Notes under the pieces: model-generated
The model's database searches: none
Told to the model about the DNA's origin: nothing
Seen by the model: only the letters and a program-made list of their open reading frames with translations
Part shown: one piece after another, positions 47,876 to 57,365 of the stretch
Numbering within the stretch: position 1 is the stretch's first letter
Layout of the letters: each line of letters opens with the position of its first letter
Position numbers and translations under genes: made by a program
Assembly: GCA_018646105.1 (NCBI GenBank)
Contig: JABGVJ010000099.1
Span: forward strand, 5,387-69,386
DNA length: 64,000 bases
Origin: a bacterium
GTDB taxonomy: Bacteria > Margulisbacteria > Marinamargulisbacteria > JABGVJ01
Direction of reading: 5' to 3'

Positions 47876-48823
47876 ATGAATAAAGAAAAATTAGATATAG
47901 TTGTTCCTGTTTATAATGAGGAAGAAAGTATAGAAGAGTTATTAAAGCGTTTGTTTGTTTTAAAAGAGAAAATGAATTTTCTCGATATAAATTTTATTTT
48001 TATTAATGATGGGTCTAAAGATCGCACTTTGGAAATTTTAAATAAATATGCGCAACAAAATAATTTTGTAAAAATTATTAATTTTAGTAGGAATTTTGGG
48101 CATCAGTTTGCGTTAACAGCAGGAGTGGATCATTCAGAAGCTGATTTTGTAGCGATCATTGATGCTGATTTGCAAGATCCTCCAGAATTGATTGAAGATA
48201 TGTATAATGAGGCTAAAAAAGGTTGTGACATAGTTTATGGGAAAAGGTTAGAAAGAAAAGGGGAAACTATTTTTAAAAAAATTACAGCCAAGTGTTTCTA
48301 TAAATTTATGAGAATGATGGTAGATGTGGATATTCCGGCTGATACCGGAGATTTTAGATTAATAAACAATAAGGTGCTTAATTATTTAAAGCAGATGCAG
48401 GAAAAGCATAGATTTATTAGAGGAATGGTTCCATGGATAGGTTTTAACAGTACGCCTTTATACTATAATCGAGATATTAGGTATGCTGGAGAAACAAAGT
48501 ATCCTTTAAACAAAATGTTGAAATTTGCTTTGGATGCAATATTTTCTTTTTCTAATAAGCCATTAAAACTAGCTAATCATATAGGTTTTTTTGCTATATT
48601 TATAGGTGTTTTTGGTAGTTTTTTGATGTTGTATTTTTTCTTTTTTACTGATTTTAAAGTACCTGGTATTACAACTACTATTTTAACCATACTTATTATG
48701 GGTGGTATTCAGATTTTAATGTTGGGTATTATAGGTGAATATATTGGTCGGATTTTTGAGGAAGTAAAAGCGCGACCTTTATATGTAATAGAAAGTACTA
48801 AAAATTTTATAAAAAGAGGATAA
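47876..48823 (+). CDS. GT2 polyprenol-phosphate glycosyltransferase (GtrB-like)
   Basis: VVPVYNEE, NDGSKD, FSRNFGHQ, DADLQDPPE, TGDFRL, two C-terminal TMs, GEYIGRIF. Confidence 0.93.
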   Translation: MNKEKLDIVVPVYNEEESIEELLKRLFVLKEKMNFLDINFIFINDGSKDRTLEILNKYAQQNNFVKIINFSRNFGHQFALTAGVDHSEADFVAIIDADLQDPPELIEDMYNEAKKGCDIVYGKRLERKGETIFKKITAKCFYKFMRMMVDVDIPADTGDFRLINNKVLNYLKQMQEKHRFIRGMVPWIGFNSTPLYYNRDIRYAGETKYPLNKMLKFALDAIFSFSNKPLKLANHIGFFAIFIGVFGSFLMLYFFFFTDFKVPGITTTILTILIMGGIQILMLGIIGEYIGRIFEEVKARPLYVIESTKNFIKRG

Positions 48824-48826
48824 TCA

Positions 48827-49642
48827 ATGAAAAAAGTTAACTCTGGAGAAAAAATATTACATAAGGAAGAATCTTTTCATGATGATTGGGCGGCTAGTGT
48901 GGATATTGATAGAGTTGCAGTTGATGAGTTTTTTGAGGCTTGTACGGCTCCTGAAAATAGATACATCATGCAAAAATTGGGAGACTTGAATGGAAAAAGA
49001 ATATTGGAAGTTGGTTGCGGTTTAGGCGAGGCTTCTGTATATTTCGCTAAAAAAGGTGCGGATGTAGTTGCTACAGATATTTCTTCTGGAATGCTTGAGG
49101 TAGTAAAAAAATTAGCGGCTTTACATAACGTATCCTTGACCACTAAACAGGCTTATTCGCATGAATTAGATTTTGTTGATAATTCATTTGATGTTGTGTA
49201 TGCAGCAAATCTTTTACATCATATAGACTTAGAACCGACTTTAAAGGAAGTGAAAAGAGTTTTAAAAAAAGGGGGCGTATTTATATCTTGGGATCCATTA
49301 GCGCATAATCCGATGATTAATGTATATAGAAAAATGGCTATGAAAGTAAGAACTGATGATGAACATCCGATACAAATGAAACAATTAAAAATTTTCAAAC
49401 AATTTTTTTCTAAAATAGATATTAAAACGACTTGGTTTTTTACTTTATGGATTTTTTTAAAGTTTTATTTTATTGATAGAGTTGATCCAAATAAAGAGCG
49501 ATATTGGAAGAAAATAATAACAGATCATAAAAAACTAGAAAAAATGTATTATAGGCTGGAGAAGATAGATAATTTATTTTTGAAACTTTTTCCTTTTATG
49601 AGAAGGTTTTGTTGGAATATTGTGGTAATAGGAGAGAAATAG
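48827..49642 (+). CDS. class I SAM-dependent methyltransferase
   Basis: ILEVGCGLG, DISSGML, SFDVVY, LLHH, RVLKKGG. Confidence 0.9.
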   Translation: MKKVNSGEKILHKEESFHDDWAASVDIDRVAVDEFFEACTAPENRYIMQKLGDLNGKRILEVGCGLGEASVYFAKKGADVVATDISSGMLEVVKKLAALHNVSLTTKQAYSHELDFVDNSFDVVYAANLLHHIDLEPTLKEVKRVLKKGGVFISWDPLAHNPMINVYRKMAMKVRTDDEHPIQMKQLKIFKQFFSKIDIKTTWFFTLWIFLKFYFIDRVDPNKERYWKKIITDHKKLEKMYYRLEKIDNLFLKLFPFMRRFCWNIVVIGEK

Positions 49643-49644
49643 AT

Positions 49645-50949
49645 ATGAATTTTTTAAAAAGTAATAATTTTTTTACTCTTTGTGCTATTTTGTTTTTTGG
49701 TGTATTTTTTTTCTTTTTTGTTAATATTTTTTTTACGCATAAATATAATCCGGAAAAATATTTGAACTCAAATTTAATAGAAATTGCAAAACAAAAATTT
49801 ATTGATAAAGGCTATGAAAATATTCATTTTGGATTGATGCCGGCAAGATATAGAACCTTAATTAAGGCTGTTAATGGATATGCGTCTTCAAAAATTTATT
49901 TGGTAGTTAAAGATAAAAAAAGTTTTAAGGCTTTAAATTTAGCAGATGATAAGGGCTTTTATTTTTTTGTTATAGTTTTGATGAATATTTTTAATCTGTC
50001 TTTAAATAAAGCTATAGATGTATTTTTTATTTTTTTATTTGCAGGGGCTTCAATTTCGGGAATGATAGGTGGAATGTTTCTGTACAAAAAATGGTTGTTA
50101 AGAATGATTTATTTAAGTAGTTTGATGTTTATTAATTTTATTGCAATTAGGGTAGGGGGGTTATATGTCATAAATGCTTTATTGGTAGTTGCTTTTTTTC
50201 CTTGGGTATTATGGCTTTTTGAAAGAAATAAAATAGATAAAATAACTTTTATAGTATTGTCTGCTATTGTTTTTTTTATTTCGATAGCTCATTTTGTGCG
50301 AGTTTATTCAGGTGTTGGGCTATTATTATTTATGCTAATTTTATTATTTTATTTTGTTAAGAGCTCTTTGAAAAAAAAATGTTTGTTAATTTTTATTCTT
50401 CTTATGTTCGGTTTGCTTCCTGTGTTATTTTTTAATTCGTTGTTTAGTGAAAGAGATCTTTTTTTGAGAAAAAATGTAGCTAATTATACAAAACAAACAA
50501 ATATTGAAGGACATTATTTTTGGCATAATGCATATATAGGATTGGGATATCTTGAGAATCCTTATGTGTCAGCATATAAGGATGAAGTTGGTATAGCTAA
50601 AATCAAATCAGTAGATCCAAACGTTATTTTTGCATCTATGCAGCATCAAAAAATTTTAAAAGAAGCTTTTTTTGAATTAATTTTTAAACATCCACTATTT
50701 TTTATGCGTAATGTTTTTGCAAAATTTGGAGTTATTTTATTTTATTTTTTGGCTTCCGCAAATATTGGTTTATTTTTTGCTTATTTTTATAGGAAATCTA
50801 AAATACTTGAAGTTAGTTTTTTGGTAGCTTTGGGATTTAATGCTTTATTCGGAATATTGATAGTTCCATATTCAACTTATTTGCTTGGATTCATAGCTTT
50901 TGCCACTATGTATGGAATGGTAAGTATAAATTATTATTTAGAACAATGA
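49645..50949 (+). CDS. polytopic membrane protein, candidate GT-C glycosyltransferase
   Basis: about 10 TM; DD motif (LADDKG) in the first external loop; HYFWHNAYIGLG loop; in a cassette with GtrA/GtrB-like genes. Confidence 0.6.
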   Translation: MNFLKSNNFFTLCAILFFGVFFFFFVNIFFTHKYNPEKYLNSNLIEIAKQKFIDKGYENIHFGLMPARYRTLIKAVNGYASSKIYLVVKDKKSFKALNLADDKGFYFFVIVLMNIFNLSLNKAIDVFFIFLFAGASISGMIGGMFLYKKWLLRMIYLSSLMFINFIAIRVGGLYVINALLVVAFFPWVLWLFERNKIDKITFIVLSAIVFFISIAHFVRVYSGVGLLLFMLILLFYFVKSSLKKKCLLIFILLMFGLLPVLFFNSLFSERDLFLRKNVANYTKQTNIEGHYFWHNAYIGLGYLENPYVSAYKDEVGIAKIKSVDPNVIFASMQHQKILKEAFFELIFKHPLFFMRNVFAKFGVILFYFLASANIGLFFAYFYRKSKILEVSFLVALGFNALFGILIVPYSTYLLGFIAFATMYGMVSINYYLEQ

Positions 50950-51953
50950 AAATAAAAGAGATAGAGCTAAAAAAGGATAACAAGTCACCTGTTTTTGCCT
51001 TCCCAAAGTATCTTGATTTTTGTTCCTCTGCTTATGGTTGGGTAGGGGGGGGGGTAAACAATGAGTTGAAATTTATTTTGCCATATACTTTAAAATCTAA
51101 ACTATGTTTTCGTTGGGTTATGTTTTATACGGCTACAATTTGTTTGGATGAAAATTTAACTATAGATCAGGAAAAAGATTTTTTAAATAGTGTAGTTGAG
51201 TTTTTTAAAGCTGAAAAAAAAATTGATTTTATATGTTCTCCGCCTGTTAATGCTGTTTTTAATGTTTATCCTAGTGAAGCAGTATCTGCTGCTTTTGGAA
51301 CATATCTTATTGATTTGAGTTTATCTGAAGAGATTTTATGGGATAAATTGCATTCTAAGCATCGGAATGTAATTAGAAAGGCTATGAAGGATCAAGTAAA
51401 TATAAAGAGAGGGAAAGAATATCTAGATTTAGCTTATAAACTTATCAAAGAAACACAGTTACGATCAGATAAAGGATTTTCTAGTATAGAAAAATTTAAA
51501 GAATTAATAAATTCTTTAGAAAATAACGTTGAAATATTTGTTTCATTTTATAAAGATAAACCACAAGGCTGCGCTGTTTTTTTGTATAGTGATTATGCTG
51601 TTTACTATCGTCATGGAGGAAGCATAGAGAGGCCTTTTACAGGTTCGTTAAATTTGCTTCATTGGGAAGCAATTAAGTATTTTAAGGCAAAAGGTGTGTT
51701 GAGATATGATTTTCTTGGCGCGAGAATAAAACCAGACAAAGGTTCTAAGTTAGAAGGCATACAACGATTTAAAAGTCGGTTTGGCGGAGAATTAAGGCAA
51801 GGGTATTTATGGAAATTGGTTGTAAGAAAATGGAAATATAGGTTATTTCAATTTATTTTTGCTATTAAAAATGGGACGTTTGAAGAAGATATTATTGATC
51901 AAGAAATAAAAAAGGCTAAGAAAGACAATGAAAAAAATATTGCTGACTTGTGA
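50946..51953 (+). CDS. FemAB-like / GNAT peptidyl-transferase family protein
   Basis: TYLIDL, HRNVIRKA, NLLHWEAI, YDFLG, GIQRFKSRFGG. Confidence 0.85.
   Translation: MKIKEIELKKDNKSPVFAFPKYLDFCSSAYGWVGGGVNNELKFILPYTLKSKLCFRWVMFYTATICLDENLTIDQEKDFLNSVVEFFKAEKKIDFICSPPVNAVFNVYPSEAVSAAFGTYLIDLSLSEEILWDKLHSKHRNVIRKAMKDQVNIKRGKEYLDLAYKLIKETQLRSDKGFSSIEKFKELINSLENNVEIFVSFYKDKPQGCAVFLYSDYAVYYRHGGSIERPFTGSLNLLHWEAIKYFKAKGVLRYDFLGARIKPDKGSKLEGIQRFKSRFGGELRQGYLWKLVVRKWKYRLFQFIFAIKNGTFEEDIIDQEIKKAKKDNEKNIADL
51045..51054 (+). repeat. G10 homopolymer in the 5' part of the FemAB-like CDS
   Basis: GTA-GGGGGGGGGG-TAAAC, currently in frame (VGGGV). Confidence 0.85.
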
Positions 51954-52896
51954 TACGGAAGTAGGATTGCTTGAAGTTCCTATTAGGAAGGATGCTTTTG
52001 AAGTTTTTATTGAAGGAAAAATAAATTCTGAAGAAGTAGGCTATAAATTTATAAATAAAATTGCTTCAAAATATAAAGCTAAGGTTGAGCATTTTGTAGA
52101 TATTTATGCTTATGAAAAAGTTGGAGAAAAAAAGTTTGCAAATCTTTGTAATAATATTTTAGAAATGGGGCATAATATTTCCTTACATACGCATCCTTCT
52201 CATAAATATGACAGCAAAAGAAAATTTATGCATCAATATAGCTTGGCTGAACAAAAAGAGATTATTGAACATGGCAAAGAAAAAATTCATGAGTGGACTA
52301 AAAAAGAAGTAAGAGTGCATAGAGCTGGTGGTTATGGTATGAATTTAAATACGTTAAGAGCATTAAAATGCCATGATTTTAAAATAGATTGTTCTTATTT
52401 TAAAGGTCATCAAAATTGTTTGTATCAAAAAAAAGTATTTAATAGGCTGTTTTTACAAGAAGGTATTTTAGAAATACCAGTAAGCGTTTTTCAGAATAAT
52501 ATTAATTATTGGCCAGGAGCGATAAAGAGAAAAGTGATGACTAAGTTAGATTTTCGTTATGGGGCTGATACAAATCAAATTTTGAGAGTGATAGAGCAGG
52601 CGCCTGATAATGTTTTGATAGTGTTGTTTTTACATAGTTTTAATTTTTTGAATAGATTTTATGATTTTAAGTTAAAAAGGTTTAAGAGAATTACCATAAA
52701 TAGAAAACTTATTATAGAATATGAGAAACTTTTGGCTGGCATTAAAGATAGGCTTGATTGTGAATTTATAAGTTTAGATCAAATAGATAATTCTGATTAT
52801 GCAGATGACTATTTAGTTGATATTAATACAGCTAGATTTATGGGGAATGCTTTATTAGGTAAAGTAAATAATTTATTTCGGAATAGATATGTTTGA
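51928..52896 (+). CDS. polysaccharide deacetylase family protein
   Basis: LTCDTE, SLHTHP, HRAGGY, LEIPVS, FLHSF. Confidence 0.85.
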   Translation: MKKILLTCDTEVGLLEVPIRKDAFEVFIEGKINSEEVGYKFINKIASKYKAKVEHFVDIYAYEKVGEKKFANLCNNILEMGHNISLHTHPSHKYDSKRKFMHQYSLAEQKEIIEHGKEKIHEWTKKEVRVHRAGGYGMNLNTLRALKCHDFKIDCSYFKGHQNCLYQKKVFNRLFLQEGILEIPVSVFQNNINYWPGAIKRKVMTKLDFRYGADTNQILRVIEQAPDNVLIVLFLHSFNFLNRFYDFKLKRFKRITINRKLIIEYEKLLAGIKDRLDCEFISLDQIDNSDYADDYLVDINTARFMGNALLGKVNNLFRNRYV

Positions 52897-54130
52897 AAAT
52901 TCGAGAATTTTATATTTACGAACTGTTTATTGGTTTGATTTAAAATGCGGAGGATCTGTAGGCCATACAGCGGGAGTTATCAATGCTTTGGATAAAAAGA
53001 TTGAATTAGATGTTGTTTCCAATGATGTATTATCAGAAGTAAAAAGAGAAATTGAAATTATTAAACCCATTAAATTGAAATTGGGTATTGATAAATTATT
53101 TAATTTGAGTGAAATTTTGTATTCAATAAAAATAATTAAATTTTTTAAAAAACCGGCGCTAAAAAAATATAAAGCTATTTATCAAAGATATTCGGGATAT
53201 TCCTTTGCAGGAGCTTATTTAGCTAAGAAATATCATATTCCTTTAATTTTGGAATTCAATTCTTCAGATGTTTGGAAAATAAAAAATTGGACAACCAAAA
53301 CTAATATTTGGCGATCGTTACTAAGAAATTTAATCCGGAAATTTATTAGGTTACCTATAGTTAAATGTATTGAAAGTTACAATATTAGAAATGCGAATTT
53401 AATTGTGGTTGTTTCCCAGGTTTTAAAGGGTTTTTTAGTGGATTATGGAGTTAAGCCAACTAAAATATTAGTCAATCCAAATGGTATTAACCCGGAAATT
53501 TATACGCCAGAGATAAATGGAGGCAAAATAAGAAAAAAATATTTTTTGGAAGATAAAATAATAATAGGATTTATAGGTACTTTTGGACAATGGCATGGTG
53601 TTTGCGAAATGGCTAGGGCGATTATTAGGTTTTATGAGAAAAATCTTGAAAAAGCAGATAATACCAAGTTTTTATTAATTGGGGATGGTATTTTGTTTAA
53701 TGAAGTGCAGAATCTAATAAATAACTCTCCATATAAAGATAGTGTTATTTTTACAAGGGGCGTGCCACAAGAAGAAGCACCAAAATATTTGGCAGCTTGT
53801 GATATTTTTTTATCGCCGCATATAAAAAATCCAGATGGTTCTAAATTTTTTGGTAGCCCTACAAAGTTATTTGAATATATGGGTATGGGTAAAGCAATTA
53901 TTGCCAGTGATTTGGATCAAATTGGCGAAATTTTAGAACATAAGAAAACGGCTTATTTGGTTGAGCCAGGAAATATTGAGCAGTTAGCAGATGCTATTAA
54001 TATTTTATGTGAAGATGTAAAACTAAGAGATAGTTTAGGAGAAAATGCAAGAGAAGAAGTTGTGGCTAAACATACTTGGGATAAACACGCAGAGAATATT
54101 TTAGAGAAAATAAAAGGGTTAGAAAAATAG
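52889..54130 (+). CDS. glycosyltransferase family 4
   Basis: GGSVGH, YQRYS, LEFNS, NPNG, GFIGTFGQWHG, FFGSPTKLFEYM. Confidence 0.92.
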   Translation: MFENSRILYLRTVYWFDLKCGGSVGHTAGVINALDKKIELDVVSNDVLSEVKREIEIIKPIKLKLGIDKLFNLSEILYSIKIIKFFKKPALKKYKAIYQRYSGYSFAGAYLAKKYHIPLILEFNSSDVWKIKNWTTKTNIWRSLLRNLIRKFIRLPIVKCIESYNIRNANLIVVVSQVLKGFLVDYGVKPTKILVNPNGINPEIYTPEINGGKIRKKYFLEDKIIIGFIGTFGQWHGVCEMARAIIRFYEKNLEKADNTKFLLIGDGILFNEVQNLINNSPYKDSVIFTRGVPQEEAPKYLAACDIFLSPHIKNPDGSKFFGSPTKLFEYMGMGKAIIASDLDQIGEILEHKKTAYLVEPGNIEQLADAINILCEDVKLRDSLGENAREEVVAKHTWDKHAENILEKIKGLEK

Positions 54131-56251
54131 ATGAATGTTTTAGAAAAAATTGTTAGAACGCCAATGCCAATATTAATAAATAAATTGTCACATAAATTAT
54201 TTTTTAAATTTTTTGAATATAGAGATTTATATTTTGATACAAGGATTAGTTTTGATGTAGAAAAAATTCAAAAAAACTATATTGATATTTCAAAGTTGGA
54301 TTTTTCTAAAATAGATAAAAAAGTAGTTAAATATTTAATAGATATGTATTTAAATCATAGATTTGATTTTTTGGGTAGTGGTTGGGTGACAAATAGTTAT
54401 GATTCAAAAGTTTTGGGTCTTGAGCAGTATAGATATGAAATGAATGTGGAAATAGAAAGGTTTGATAAGGAAGGAAAGTGGCTTAATAAAATTATTTTGT
54501 CAAAACATTTGAAAAGGAGTAAAAAAATTTGGCAACAAGTTTCTGAAAATTATATTCCAATTGATTGGCAGAAAGATTATAAGAGTGGCTTTCGGTGGGA
54601 TGCTAGAAAATGGTATAAAAATCAGCAGATAGGAGATAAATTAGGATCTGATATTAAAGTTCCTTGGGAATTAGCGAGATTACAACATTTACCGCAAATG
54701 GCCATATTTTCATTGGTTTTACCTAATAAGAAAGATCAATTGATATTGGAATTTAAAAATCAAATTTTGGATTTTATAGCTACAAATCCCCCAAGAATGG
54801 GTTGTAATTGGACTTGCGCAATGGATGTTGGTATTCGAGTAGCTAATATGCTTGTGGCTTATGATATGTTTTTACAAATAGATAACAATGGAATTTTAGA
54901 TAATAAATTTAAACAGATTTTTGCTAATTCAGTATATGAGCATGGGGTTCATATAATGAGTAATTTGGAGAATGGACTAATCACCTATAATCATTATTTA
55001 GCAAACATAGTTGGCTTATTATTCGTTGTTGCTTACTTAGAGAAAACTAAAATAGTTGATCGGTGGTTAGGTTTTGCAGTTAAGGAACTAATAAGAGAGT
55101 TTGATAAACAGTTTTATGAAGATGGTAGTAATTTTGAAGCGTCAACTAATTATCATAGATTAAGTGGTGAATTGATGATATATGGGGCAGCTTTTGTTTT
55201 AGGATTAGAGAAAGATAAAGCGGAAAATGTTTTTCCAGAATGGTTTTGGGAAAGATTATGGCGGGTAGGGAAGTTTACAGTAGACCTCACAAAAAAAACA
55301 GGTGAAATTTCTCAAATTGGAGATAATGATAGTGGTCGTTTTTTTAGGTTTTCACCAAGTGGGCTGTTTTTAACAAATAAACAGGCTGAAGAACAATATC
55401 TAAATTTAGAAGGTTATAATAAACTGATTAATAAACCAGCAGAACTTTTTTGGGATAAAAATATTTTAAATCATGCTACATTTGTGTCAGCTATAGATGG
55501 TTTATTTAATGATGAAAACTTTCAGAATTATAGTCATAATTTCCCTTTGGAAAAAAGTATCATAGAGGCTTTGGCAAAAGGTAAAAAGGTAAAGATTAAA
55601 GATGTAAAAGAAAGAGAAGTTAAGATTGAAAGCCAGGGGCTAGATTTAGAGAAATATGAATATCATAAAGAAACAGTTATTAAGCCATCCAGCAAGAAAA
55701 AGACTTCTTTAGATCAGAATTTAGTTTTAATTTCATATTCTGATACAGGTATTTATATTTTTAAATCAGATAGAATTCATATGACAATTTCAGCAGGACC
55801 AAATGGGCAAAATGGTAATGGTGGGCATGCGCATAATGACAAATTATCTTTTGAGCTTAATATAGATGGCGAAGATTTATTTGTGGATCCTGGTACGTAT
55901 CTTTATACGCCTTTACCAGAAAGAAGAAATGAGTTTAGAAGCGTGAAAGTTCATAATACTTTGGTGGTGGCTGATGAAGAACAGAATGATTTTAGAGATC
56001 TTTTTGGCTTAGTGAAAGAAGCTGAATGTATCATAAGGAAAATAAGCAATAAGGAAATAATAATAGAATTAAATTATAAAGATGTTATTTGTTTGAGAAA
56101 AATATGTATTATGGAAGATAAAATTTTAGTAAATGATTTTGCTAATAAAGAATTTAAAGTTAATTTTGTTGATGATTATTTATATTCTAATGGATATGGT
56201 AAGTTTTTTAAAAAAAGGAATGAGTTTGAAAAAAATATTATTTGTAACTAA
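54131..56251 (+). CDS. heparinase II/III family protein
   Basis: DIKVPWELARLQH, NHY, FEASTNYH, IGDNDSG, GGHAHND, DPGTYLYT, HNT. Confidence 0.9.
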   Translation: MNVLEKIVRTPMPILINKLSHKLFFKFFEYRDLYFDTRISFDVEKIQKNYIDISKLDFSKIDKKVVKYLIDMYLNHRFDFLGSGWVTNSYDSKVLGLEQYRYEMNVEIERFDKEGKWLNKIILSKHLKRSKKIWQQVSENYIPIDWQKDYKSGFRWDARKWYKNQQIGDKLGSDIKVPWELARLQHLPQMAIFSLVLPNKKDQLILEFKNQILDFIATNPPRMGCNWTCAMDVGIRVANMLVAYDMFLQIDNNGILDNKFKQIFANSVYEHGVHIMSNLENGLITYNHYLANIVGLLFVVAYLEKTKIVDRWLGFAVKELIREFDKQFYEDGSNFEASTNYHRLSGELMIYGAAFVLGLEKDKAENVFPEWFWERLWRVGKFTVDLTKKTGEISQIGDNDSGRFFRFSPSGLFLTNKQAEEQYLNLEGYNKLINKPAELFWDKNILNHATFVSAIDGLFNDENFQNYSHNFPLEKSIIEALAKGKKVKIKDVKEREVKIESQGLDLEKYEYHKETVIKPSSKKKTSLDQNLVLISYSDTGIYIFKSDRIHMTISAGPNGQNGNGGHAHNDKLSFELNIDGEDLFVDPGTYLYTPLPERRNEFRSVKVHNTLVVADEEQNDFRDLFGLVKEAECIIRKISNKEIIIELNYKDVICLRKICIMEDKILVNDFANKEFKVNFVDDYLYSNGYGKFFKKRNEFEKNIICN

Positions 56252-57362
56252 AGATTTTTTACCAGCGATAGGTGGTGGGATTAGAAGAATAGAAGCTCTT
56301 TATAAGGCTTTTTTGGTGAATAAAGGGCTTACTTTAGAAGTAGTGACGGCTGAAAGTAGAGCGCAAGGGCGATACAAGGATGTGCAGTATATCTCACAAT
56401 TATTATTTAAGGATAAGATATCATCTGGAGGTGGATTATCGAGGTTAAATAATAAAGTTAAGATTAAGTTTTTTGATAAAGCTTTAATTGGTTGGTTACC
56501 AAATGTTATTTTTAGAATTTTTTATAAAAAATATGATTTGGTTTATTGTACGGTTCCTACTTTTACTAATTTATTAATAGGTTTTTTATATAAATTGGTA
56601 AGAATGAATAAGCCTAAGTTGATAGTTGAGTATCGAGATATGTATAGTTTTAATCCTGAATATAAAGATGGTTTTAGTAAGAAGTTTTTGCAAATTATAG
56701 AAAAATTAATTTTAAGAAATTGTGACTATATTGTAGTTACTACTCAGGGGATGAAAAATGTTTTTTCTGCTTTTATAGAAGATAATAAGATATGGATGAT
56801 GAGAAATTATGTAAGCAAAGATGATTTAAATATTATTAAAAAATTAGATAGAGATGAGTATGATAAGCGTTATTTTCATATTGGTTATGTAGGTACTTTG
56901 AATACAGGTCGCCATCCAGAAGTTTTTTTAGGTATGTTGAGGCTGAAAGTAAAGAACAAAGAAAGTGTTTTGCATTTTGTAGGAATAACAGAAGCTCAAA
57001 AGAAGGGCGTTTTAGAAATAATGGAAAACCGTGGCTTAGATAATACGAAAGTGATTTTTCATGGTAAAGTAAGTCGCTTAATTGCTTTGAAATATATGAA
57101 GTCCTTGGACGCTCTTTTTTTGATAATTAATAAGAAGGCTTTAATTAAAGATGGCTATGGTATTCCAGGGAAATTGTATGATTATATTCAAGCAAATAAT
57201 AATTTGTTTGCGGATTCAGTTACTTTTGACAATTTAAGTAGTGAGTTTAATTTAGAAATTATTGAACAGTATGATGATTATATTAATTTTTCTTTAAACG
57301 ATAGTACCTTATTGAATGATAAGTTGGAAATGTTTATAGATAAATTGGTTAAGGAGCTTTAG
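56220..57362 (+). CDS. glycosyltransferase (GT4-like)
   Basis: FLPAIGGGIRR, EYRD, YVGTL, IPGKLYDY; start at ATG 56220 preferred over 56133. Confidence 0.82.
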   Translation: MSLKKILFVTKDFLPAIGGGIRRIEALYKAFLVNKGLTLEVVTAESRAQGRYKDVQYISQLLFKDKISSGGGLSRLNNKVKIKFFDKALIGWLPNVIFRIFYKKYDLVYCTVPTFTNLLIGFLYKLVRMNKPKLIVEYRDMYSFNPEYKDGFSKKFLQIIEKLILRNCDYIVVTTQGMKNVFSAFIEDNKIWMMRNYVSKDDLNIIKKLDRDEYDKRYFHIGYVGTLNTGRHPEVFLGMLRLKVKNKESVLHFVGITEAQKKGVLEIMENRGLDNTKVIFHGKVSRLIALKYMKSLDALFLIINKKALIKDGYGIPGKLYDYIQANNNLFADSVTFDNLSSEFNLEIIEQYDDYINFSLNDSTLLNDKLEMFIDKLVKEL

Positions 57363-57365
57363 TGT

